Below, piece after piece: positions 30,101-42,100 of a DNA stretch of 64,000 bases. Origin of the DNA: Oopsacas minuta (taxonomy: Eukaryota; Animalia; Porifera); NCBI GenBank assembly GCA_024704765.1, contig JAKMXF010000210.1, positions 310,001-374,000 of the forward strand. Direction: 5' to 3'. How positions within the stretch are numbered: the stretch's first letter is position 1; each line of letters begins with the position of its first letter. The notes beneath the pieces are model-generated. The model did no database searches, had not been told where the DNA came from, and saw only the letters and a program-made list of their open reading frames with translations. Made by a program: the position numbers and the translations under genes.

Positions 30101-33100
30101 GCGAGCTGAGTGAAGAATTTGATAAGGTTAAGATCAACATCACCAAGTTGTATAGTCAAATACGGCCAGTTAGGACTAGTAGAGAATGAGCCCATATTAC
30201 TAGAGTTAACAGGAGTTAGAGTTATTGTATCTCTTATTACAGCATATCCTGCATTCTGTATATAGATATCTGATACAGACAGTGAGGATACATTAACAGA
30301 TTCACTGAAGGTTAGAGTGAGCTCAGCAGTGTTCAGATTTAGACTGAATGAAGTTAAATTGGGTTTAACCAAGTCTTGGGTAAAGTTAGTGACCTGTAGA
30401 GGTATGTACTTAGTAATTCGAGTCAAATTATTATTATTCATATCCAAAACTGTGGTTGAATCAGATGATAAGAATGTGTTATTGACACCTGTTGCTAGAT
30501 CAGTGTATATTTTAATATAATCTAGATCTTGGTTATGAAGAAGGATCTCAAGAATAGGACTGTAAGTTTGAGTCAGTACAATTGCTGACGTCATAGCCCT
30601 GCTGGTGTTTGTGATGGGATTGAGTAGAGTAATTCCTGTTATATCAAATGAAGTGTAATTAACAGTTTCAGAGAAAAATAAAGTTAATGTATCCGTATTA
30701 AGATCTAGGTTAAAATACTGTAATACCGGCTTGCGGAGATCTTCCATAAAATGCGCTATTTGAATTGCATTGCCTTGTGAGACATTAAACACTTGGTTTT
30801 GGTTCATATCTTCAATTAGAAACTTAGTGATTGAAATATACGTATTGGATATGTCAGTAGCAAGGCTAGTTAACATTTTAATACGATTCGTGTCTTGTAG
30901 TGATAAGTTAGCAATCAGAGTTATTGCTCCGTTGTATGGAGGAGAATAGTATGAGTATACAGTCGTTAATGTGTGAGACTGTGCGGGAAGAGATGTACTG
31001 TTAAACAGAGTTAACTGACTAAGCAATAGGGTATCCTGGTTAACCATCTCTGAAAATGTTAATGTGAGTTGATCATTATTCAAGTTAAGACGGACAGATA
31101 GGAGATTAGGTCTTGTCATGTCTTCTGTAAACTGGAAAGCTAACTTAGGTGAAAGGGTAGAAATAGCTTGGACAGGATTGCCAAACATATCATAGAACGC
31201 TGTCTGAGGAAATGAAATGTATGTATCATCTATGTTTGTAGCTAGATTTCGTTGTTTGATATTATTAATATCTTCATATCTTAATTGGATAGGAATGACG
31301 TAGTAATCTTCTGCGAGAATAGAACTATTCTTAAGTGTATATGATTCTTTTCCGAGCCCTTGTTCTCCCTGTAGGGTGATTTGTGTGACATTAATGGTTA
31401 TGGAATTGATAGTCTCAGAGAATGTAAGTTCTAACAGCCCATTATCCAAATCAAGAGAGAAATTACTGAGAATAGGACGTATAAAATCTCGAGTAAAGTT
31501 GCTTACTTGCAGAGCATTACCATCAGGCCGTGATACAATAACATTATTGTTCATATCTACAAGTAGTGAGTATGGAAAACTAATGTAACTATCGGTAAGA
31601 GAAGTAGCAATGAGTCTGTTACTCTTGATAGCATTAAGATCTATGAAAGATAAATACACTATTATACTAGTGGAATCTGTGCTTGAAGAGGTACTGTCTG
31701 ATAGTGTATAATTACTAGAAGATGTTGTAGAGTCTTGTAGCGTAATAACTGTGATATCAAGAGAGCTGGCATTAACCGTTTCTGTAAAGTATAATGATAT
31801 ACGTCCTGTATTCATATTTAGTGTAAAATATGTCAGTTGAGGCATTGTGATGTCAGATTCGAGGAAGGTAACTTGTCTAGCTGAATAGGTGGAAAATGGC
31901 CACACATAATTGCTACTCATATCTCTTATCGTGTGATTAGTTATTGATATGAATGTATTGTTGATATGTGTACCCAGATATTGTAAGAACTTGATTTGAT
32001 TTAAATCATTTCTCGTAATATTAAACTGTACTTCTGTAGAATCCAATAACGACAATGTAGTACCCCCATTTAGTAAAATTGATTGAGTTGTAGATTGATT
32101 AAATATTTCAGTTCCTTGAAGAGTTATCTCAGAATGTAGCAAACTACTGATATTAACTGTCTCATCAAAAGTTAGATCCAGTAATCCATTGTCTATATCC
32201 AAGGTAAAGGATAGTAGTCTAGGACGAGTTGTGTCCCGAATAAATAAATTTACACTGATAGGATTGTCATAAGGCCGAGAAACAACTTGATTGTTATTTG
32301 TATCCAGGATAGAAAACTGTGAGAAAGATACATAACTATTGTTTAGGTTTGTTGCTATCTGAGTCAGTCTCTTTAGTTCGTTTAAGTCATTAGCTCCTAG
32401 TTGGATTGAAATTGCAAATTTTATCACGTCATCAGTTCTAGTTTGGTCAGCTGATCCAAGAGTGTGGTTCAGTCTCAATCGCTGCTCCTTGGAAGTAGCC
32501 CCTACTTGAGATTGTATGTATACTTCAGCAACAACAAGAGATGATCCCAACACAACTTCATCATAGTATATAACGAGTGTGCCTTCATTCATATCAAGGG
32601 AGGCATAAAGAGCTTTGGGAGAGATGACATCAGGATAGAAGATAGTAACTATTAAGGGTTCTGATAACTCTGAGAGAAGATTCCCATTCATATCAGTTAT
32701 AAAACTACTAGTAGGAAATATATAGGTTGTAGTATCACTGATATAATATTGTATATCTTGTTTTAGACTATTGAGATCCTCAGTAGTTAAATCCACTACA
32801 AGAACAGTCCCATCAGCAGACCCACTCGTACCCTCTATTAGAGTATATTCTGGACCTATGGTGAGGTTATCTGAACCGAAAAATGTGAGTTCTGTGATCA
32901 TGAGGCTAGAAGAATTGATTGTCTCATCAAAATATAAAGTTAGACTGTTGTTAGAGAGATCCAGATTGAAGCTAATCAATCTAGGAGAAGTGACGTCATT
33001 CATGAAGGTAGCTGCTTGGAGTGCGTCATAACGAGAAATAGGAATAATGTAGTTATAGTTTGTATCTTGTATAGAGTATTGTGTTATTGAAATAAATGTA

Positions 33101-36100
33101 TTGCTAATGTCAGTGCCCAGAGATTTCAGTCTCTTAACCTCATTAAGAATATCTATAGTTAGTTGTATCTGTAGTGACGTAGTAGGTAAGAATGTGCGAG
33201 CTGTTCCATTCAATACTAGTCTATCTCCTGATAGAGTAATATTAGCTTGTGAGAGTAGTGATAACTGTGAAATATTGAGAGTTGTTGGATACACAGGTTC
33301 AGAGAAATTCAACGTGAAAATACCCGTGTTCAGGTTAAAATCCATGGTGCGTAGCATAACAGGGGATGTATCTTGTGTGTAGTTAGCTACCTGTAGAGCA
33401 GATAGGTCAGAAATTGCCGTGATAGCGTTACCACTCATGTCTGAAATAGCAAAGGAAGTGATAGACAGGAATGTTGTAATGTTTGATACAGCAAGATTAG
33501 TGAGTCTCTTAATTTCATTACTATCTTCCTCTGATAAGTATATCAGTACATATGGACTGTATATTGTAGGAGTATATGAGGATGGAGACAGGGAATGAAT
33601 GAGGAGAGGATCAGTTGTGTTATGAGAAGGCTGAATAGTAATCTCAGATACAAGGAGGTCCATTGCATTAACAGTCTCTGAGAAATATAGCATTAAAATA
33701 CCGGTATTCATTGATAGGTCATAATACTGTAACACAGGATCTGTAATGTCAGCTGTGAATGTATCCACCCGTCTAGCATTATAACCATTAATGATTTCTA
33801 CTATTCTCCTATTGTTCATATCTCTAATAGTGCTGTTTGTTAATGTAATCCATGTAGTGCCAAATGTTAGAGCAATTTGGAGTGTTTTTATTCGATTGAG
33901 ATCTGTGAGAGTTAAATTAAATCTCACAGACGTATCGTCTATTGTAGAGACAATATAACCGTCTGTGAGGGTGTAATAATTCGCAGAATTTGAAGAATCC
34001 TGGATTGTTATTTGATCAACTCTTAAAGTTGAGATATCAATCGTTTCATAAAAATTCAAAGTTAATTGTCCCAAATTCAAATCAAAATAAAATGTACGTA
34101 GTACTGGTCGTGTAGTGTCGTTGACATAGAAAGAAGTGATAATAGCCGCAGATATGGAAACGGGAGTAACACTATTGCCAGACATGTCTCTTATACCTAG
34201 TGATGAAAATGAGAGATAGGAATTTGACAAGTTTGTATAAAGTTGCTCCATCTGTTTCAACACGTTGAGATCTTGTACAGTCAGGATTAGTAGAATCTGT
34301 AAGCCATTATGACTGGTTGTATTTCCTCCAGTTAGTGTGTGAGACTCAGTTGGTGACTGAGAATTAGTCAATGTAAATGCTACAGGGTCCAAGGTGTTCG
34401 AATCAACTACTTCATCAAAATTTAGAGTTAGTAGTCCTGCATTTAAGTCAGTATGGAAAGTTAACAGATTAGGATTTGTTGTGTCATCAGTCAAAAGTGT
34501 AGCACTACTAGTTACTTTAAATGCTGGATTACTGACTAAAGCAAGATCATATATAGCTCCTAGCATAATAGTGACGTATGTGTTACTTTCTAATGTAGCT
34601 ATACTTCTATCAAGTTTCAGCTGATTGAGCGTGAAAAATGTTAAACTGAAGCTAATATCCAATCCATTAGGAGGAATGTGAGTGCCATTAGATATATTCA
34701 CGAGGGAGAATAGACCTTCAGAATCATTATGAAATCTCAATTTTGTAAAAAGAAGAGATTGATAAGCTACAGGCTCATTAAATGACAGGGTTACCACAGC
34801 AGAATCCATGTCTAAATCAAATCCTATCAGATAAGGGCCTGTCGTATCAGGAGTGTAAGATATAACCTGTAGTGCATTAGTACTGAGAATAGGGACTATT
34901 GCATTTCCGTTAGAATCTGATATAAAAGCTGATGTTATGCTTATGAAAGTAGTATTAAAGTTCTGAGCTAGATTTGTTAGGAGTTTTATTGTATTCACGT
35001 CAGTAATCTCGTCTAGTATTAGAGTTACCATAGGACCATCTAAATCAGTAGTAACAGTGTTGAGAGATAGATTATATGCCGTCCCTCCACTAACACTAGA
35101 TTGTAAAGTAAGTTCTGGAACAGATAATGAATCAATGAATACTGTCTCAGAAAAGTTTAGTGTTAAAACTTGTTGCTCAAGATCTAGTGTAAATGCTAGA
35201 ATGATAGGGTTTATAGTGTCAGGATTGAAATCTACTGGTGCGAGGGCTTGTGATGGATCAATTGGATACAAATAATTCCTATTCATATCCTGTATTGTCC
35301 TAGATTCAATAGCTAGGTATGTTGTAGGCTGATTCATCGCGAGATTTCTCAGTTTTTTAATCTCATTCAGATCATCCAAACCTAAATACACTATGACAAC
35401 AGAATCGTAGTCTATTGAGGCAGTACTAGAGGCAGGAGATAAGACGTAGAATTCAGTAGATAGACGTCTCTCTACGTCACTCTGTATAGATATACCATCT
35501 ATGTCGATAGAGGAAGCATTAACAATATCTGAGAATACAAGGATCAATTCTCCTGAAGTAAGATTGAGAGTGTATGATAAGAGAGATGGTCTAATTGTAT
35601 CGGGATAGAAACTATAAGCGAAAGGAAGAGATTGAGCTGACACGGTTATAACAGGATTCGAGTTCATATCTGTTACCAGCTCATCGCTATATGATAAATA
35701 ACTAGTCATAGGGGAAGTAGCGAAATTTGGATATATCTTGAGAGCAAAAAGATCATCTTGTCCAAGCTGTACAGTGAGTACAGTAGAATCTAGACTTATA
35801 AGAGTACTGGGGTATGAACCTGTAGTAGTGAGATATCTGAAGTTTAATGCAGAATTAGTTGAGTTAATATCCAAAGCTGATTGTAAGCGAACATCAGATA
35901 TATTGAATGAAGTTGATTCCACCTATTTGCCAAATATCATAAAATTGCTTATAACTAATAATATTAAATAAATAACTTACCGTTTCGTCAAATGTAATAG
36001 TGAGTGTTTCTGAGGTTAAATTGAGAGAGAATCTTACGAAGTTAGGACTTGTAGTATCAGGAATAAATACAGATACTTCTATAGGATTTGTATCAGGTAC

Positions 36101-39100
36101 ATCTTCAACAGGATTAGATAAGAAGTCAGTTATAACATCCATAATAGCCCCCTCACGTATACTAATAAATGTAGTCAAGTTTGATACAGCCAAACCTTCA
36201 AGTCTCTTAATCTCATTCAGATCGGAGGTGGTAATATTAAGGTAAGTAATTGTACTGAAAAGGTATGGATAATCTCCATTTGTTAGGTAGAAGAGAGGAG
36301 GATCAGGAAGTATTGTATGTTGTATACTAATTCTAGATGGAATGAGAGTACTACCATTAATTATCTCATCAAATGTAAGCCAAATTCTCCCTGTATTCAT
36401 ATCCAGGTTAAAAGATAACAGATCAGGCCTTGTAGTATCTGGAGTGAATGCATTAGTCTGTAGTGGAGAAGATATGTTAATCGCTATGAGAGGGTTGTTG
36501 TCAAGATCTAATAAGGCACCGCTTCGTACAGCTAAGAATGTATTGTCGAAGTAAGTTGCAAGAAATAGCATTGATTTGATAACATTTGTGTCTCCAATGG
36601 ATAGAGTTATTGCGAGTCGAGGTGAATTAGGTAGTCTGACGAAATCTCCTTCTGTCAAGCTATAGAATTCTCCATTCAATCCTACTAAAGTGATAGACTC
36701 TGTGTTTAGCTGTAAGCTATCAAGAATAACTGTTTCTGAGAAGTCAATCGTTAGAGTGGGGGAAGAATCCATGTCTAATTCCCAAGAGGTTACGTAAGGA
36801 GCAGCAGTATCTGGCGTGTATTGGGAACAAGTTATAGCAGAAGAAGAAAGGATTGAAATTGATGGATTATTAGAAAGATCCTGTATGGCATTAGATAACA
36901 TAGAAATATGAGTTGTATTCTCATCAACAGCTACATATGTTTCACGTTTTATACCATTAAAATCTCTCTCGGTTATTCCAACATCTAGTGTGTAGCCTGG
37001 AGGTGAGCTAGATAACACTGTATCCTGAAATGCGTAACTATCCCCAGAAGTTCCGTCGTTAGTCCTGTGTAATGTTATCTTACTTAGTGATAAAGTGTTT
37101 GGATCAATTGGATCATCAAAAGTGAGTGACAGCATCCTGGTGTCTAAGTTTAAATGGCAGTCCTTAGCTAGTGGTCCAGTAGTATCAGCTATTACGCTGA
37201 AGAAATCGTACTGTAGAGCATTAGCAGGGGGAATAGCGTTAACAGAGTTGTCTGATGTATCCTGAATTAATTGAGATGTAACGGATATGAATGTATTAGA
37301 AGGAGCTGTGGCTATATTTGTATTATTCTTGATAGAGAATATATCAGCCCTATTGAACTCTATTACAATCTCTTGGTCTAAATCAGAAGAGGAAATAAAA
37401 GTACCACCAGTGAGAGGGATAGTTAGTGTACCGCCCTGAGAAGCATGGAATGTAACAGCTTCTGGTACCAAGGATTCTACGTTCAATGGTTCATCAAACG
37501 AAAGAACAAACTGATTAACATCAAGATTAAGGAGTACAAACCTCAATAGGTTAGGACGTGTGGTATCAGGTAGTATTAAATCAGCTGCAATACCTTCCCT
37601 CATAGCAGAGGTTGGATTACCGGATTTATCTCGCATGAGAGCATCAGTATGTGTAAGGAATGTATCATTAACCGAAGTAGCGAGGTCTGCAATTGATTTG
37701 ATAGTTAGAATGTCAGCTGGACGTATTGTAAAGGTTAGAATTGTACTAGGAGAATTTACAGTTATAAACCCTTCATTTCCTAGTATGGTAAAAGTTTGTG
37801 AAGCGTTACTAGCCGAGTTTTGAAACGTTATAGAATCTGGATCAAAATGGGGAATATCAATGGGTTCATTGAATGTGAGATTCACAAGTCCTGAGTCTAG
37901 ATCTAGAGAGAACTGAAGGAGCAGAGGGCCTATGATATCTGATTGATAGCTCCGTGCTTGTATAGCTACTGCTACTGTTACAGCATCAATATAGTTATCA
38001 GACATGTCTTGTATGAAACTGTCACTGAATGACAACTGTGAACTACCTGTACTAGCAAATAAGCCTGTGTTATCTTTTACGAATGTGAGGTCTTCAGCAT
38101 TCATTAATACAGTCAAATTCTCGCTATTACGAGGGCTAACTACATCTCCGTCATACCTAAGATTATATACGTGTAGTGGACTTACAGCTGCATCTAGAAA
38201 CGTTATAGCAGGCAAATACACTGAAGAATGGTTCATAGTCTCATTAAAGAAGAAATCCAACCTTCCTGTGTTTAAGTCAATCTCAAATGCTTCTAGAATT
38301 GGAGCAGTTGTATCAGGAATATATTCAGCTGCTTTTGTAGCGTAACATGTGAGATCTTCCATCAATACATTTACCTGTATAGCATTATAAGTACTTACTG
38401 CCTCAACGTAAAGATTCACATAATTCCTAACAGTATGTCTTGTGAAAGAAATGAAAGTATCATTAACAGTTTTAGCGAAAGGAGTGAAAATAGATTTGAG
38501 TACTATCTGATCAGAATCTGACAGGGTAATGAACACAATACCATCATAACTACGAGTATATATGAATGATGTTAAGGATAGAGTGTGGTTAAAAGTACTC
38601 AGATTAATCCTACGATCATTCTGTAAGGTAATTTGACTTATGTCAAGTGTAGCCGGGTTTACAGCCTCATTGAAATACAGAGACAGGTAGTTGTCATTCA
38701 GATTCAGGTCAAATGATACAATATAAGGATTAGTTGTATCTCTGCCATATGCATTTGCTTGTATAGCAGATAGGGCAGATATAGGATTGCTAGGATTATC
38801 ATTCTGATCGGTATAAGCACCTGAATCAAGTCTAAGATATGTAGTGGATATGTTAGTAGCTAGGTTAGAGATTGATTGGAGAGCGTTGGCATCTTGGTAT
38901 CCTAATACGAAATACACTTCTAAACTCCCTAACACAATTCCTGGGCTAACCGAATCAGTCAATCTATATCGTATGAATGAAGAAGGAGCATTTTGGAATA
39001 TAATCTGGGAAGCTACTAGAGATGACGAGTTAACAGGCTCATCAAAAGATAGCATAACTATTGAGGAAGTTAGATTCAGCGTAAAGCTAACTAAATTCGG

Positions 39101-42100
39101 ACGGATGAGGTCAGGATAAAATGAACGCACTTGGATGAACTCCACAGAAGCTGTTACATTTCGCAGAAATACATCCAACACGACATTTTCCGAGACGAGC
39201 ATATATATATTAGATTCAGAAGTAGCAAGGTCAGTTAGAATTTTTATTCTATCAAGATCAATCTTCTCCAGGCTAAACTGTACTAAATAATCGTCATTAG
39301 GAGCTGCTAGACCTGATATACTTGTAACGTCGAGTGGATTAATATTATAATAATCTCTCCTAGCATCTTCGGGAGCTAATACTACAGGATTAATATTATT
39401 AGCAGTGTTCACAATCTGATGGCTAGTTGAGTTCGAGAGAGGCCGGGAGAATAAGGTTATCCCTTCAGAGAATACAGACGCACTCTTGACTACGTCATCG
39501 AATTCCAATGTCAAGGTTTCGTTGCTTAGATCGATATCAAAAGAAATCAAAGAGGCAAGAGCTGTGTCTGTTATGTAACCGCCAATATCTATAGCTCTAG
39601 CAGAAACGTTAGTTATCTCTAAGACAGGGTTAAATGCCATGTCTTGTATCATTCCAGCTGAAAAGAACACTGCAGTAGTGTAGTCGCTATCTGCTAGATC
39701 CGCCCACTGAAGGAAGGAACGATAATCCTCTCGAGTCAAACGAATTCTCACTTCTTTTCTGGAAGGGTATACCCATTCAATTTCTCCACCGCTTAGCGTG
39801 ATATACACGTAAATATAGCGGTGTTTGGCAATAGTAATGTTGGTAAGAACTGCAGTATTTATGTCCACAGGTTCGTTGAAGAGGAGGTTAAAAGATCGAG
39901 ATTCTAGATCGAAGCGAGTGAAAGATACAAGATAAGGTTCCATACTATCAGGTGTGTAGCTAGCTACTTGTATTAAAGTTCCTATGTGAATAGGTAGGTT
40001 ACTGATATCAGTTATAAGATCTGAAGAATAAGACAAATAGCAATCATCAATGCTGGTACAAATTTGCCTGAAGATCTTAATCCCATCTATATCTGATTGT
40101 GTGAAAGAGTACATGATTGTAAAGCCATCAGGAGAACGGGAAAAAGAACCACTAGAAGGACTGAATGTATCATTTGAATCTGTATTCAGAAATAATAATT
40201 GAGAACTATCAAATGAAGCTTCTGACACAATTTCATTGAAAGTAAAAATGGCTACTCCAGTGCCTGCTAAGCTCAGCTCCCAATCCAAGAGTACTGGGTT
40301 TGTAGTGTCGTATATGAACAATATTGATTGATAAGATGTAGATAGAGAGGTAATTGAGTTACCAGATTGATCAGTAACCAAATTAGAGTTTATACTCAGG
40401 AAACACGAGCTTGGTGTAATACATAGCTGAGTGTCTAGCTTAATTGTGTTTAGGTCATATGTACTTAATGTAAAGTTGAGTATTGTATTAGATGCTAGAG
40501 TCTGTAGATAAGATTGTGGAGAAATAGACAGACTTATTGATGAGTTAGAATACCTCTCATGTAGGACTAAACTCTCAGGAACAAAAGAAGTAGCTCGCAC
40601 TGTTTCTGAGAATTCCAAACTAATCAAACCAGAATCCAAATCAAAGATAGAGAATTCCACCAATGAGGGCTGTGTTATATCTGCCATATACTCAGATACT
40701 GATAGGGCAGCTGACTTAGAGATTATACTGAGAGGATTGGAATTAGTGTCCTGTAACAGAGAGGGTGTAGCAGATAGGTAGCATGATTCAGTAGTTAAAC
40801 ATATTTCATACTGCTTGAGGAGATTAAGCTCGTAGAGAGAAAGGAGTAGAGATACTTCTATAAGTAAGTCAGAAGAAGAAGGAATTGAATTTGAGAGGGA
40901 GAGACTAGGAGAAGATATGTCCGATGAAGATTGTAGTGAGAGAGAAGATATAGAGAGGGTTGAGAGATCAACTGTCTCATCAAAAGATAGTGACAACAAT
41001 CCAGCATCTAGATCAAAATCAAATCTATAGAGATTGGGAGATGTTAAATCAGGTATGACAGGAGATATTAATCTAGCAGCTGATGAATTGACAGGTGTGA
41101 CAGGATTAGAATGCATATCCTGTACCATGGATGAAGGGAACGAAATGAAAGAATCTGTAACATCTGTCAATAGGTTTGTCAAACTCTTAATAGTATTTAA
41201 ATCTGCATTTAGAAGTTCCAATAGAATAGCACTACTGATAGGATGAGAAATAGCACCACCAGCAAGTGTTATATACTCAGTAGGACTTACTGCGCTATTC
41301 TGAAATCTTATAACACTGGGGTTAAAACTATCAATTGAAACAGTTTCATCAAATTCAAGTCTTAGTAATCCAGTATTGGAATCAAAACTTGCAGCAGTTA
41401 GTGCTGGGCTAGTTCTGTCGAGAGAATGGTTCTCAAGTCGTAGACCAAAGCTAGAAAAAATGGGTACAATATTGTTCCCTGCGAAATCTTGAGCACCGTT
41501 AGAAGTAACAATTAGAAATGTATCCTCTATAGAAGTCCCTAGCGGGTCTAGAAAGGATATACCATTAAAATCTGCGTTAGAAATATCAATAGAAATATCA
41601 GTCCCATCTGTAGATTGTGTAGAAGAACTAGAAGAAAGAGAAAATGTTTGAGAAGGAGTTAGCTGTCTGTCTTGTATAGAAAATTGATTGATACTCAGGC
41701 TGGAGACTTGAATAGCCTCACTGAACACGAAAGATAGAGTTCTTGCTTGTAAATCAAGAGAGAACATTAATACCTAAATTAGAATGAATGTAAAACATAC
41801 ATTAAATAATATTACGTATTAACTCACCTCTGGATTAGTGACGTCAGATATAAAACTATCAACAAGCAATGCAAATGTGTTCTGAATAGGATTGATGGCA
41901 TTACCAGCTGTATCCTGTACAAGAGAGCTAGAAAATGAGATGTAAGTAGAGATCTTAGCACGAGCTACTGGGGATATTCTGAGACGATTAAAATCAGCTG
42001 TACTGAGCTGTAATCTCAGTAGAGGGCTGTCGGTATCGAAGAGGACTCCTTCTGTAAGAGAGATTGAAGATACACCACCAAACTGATCTGACTGTAAGGT

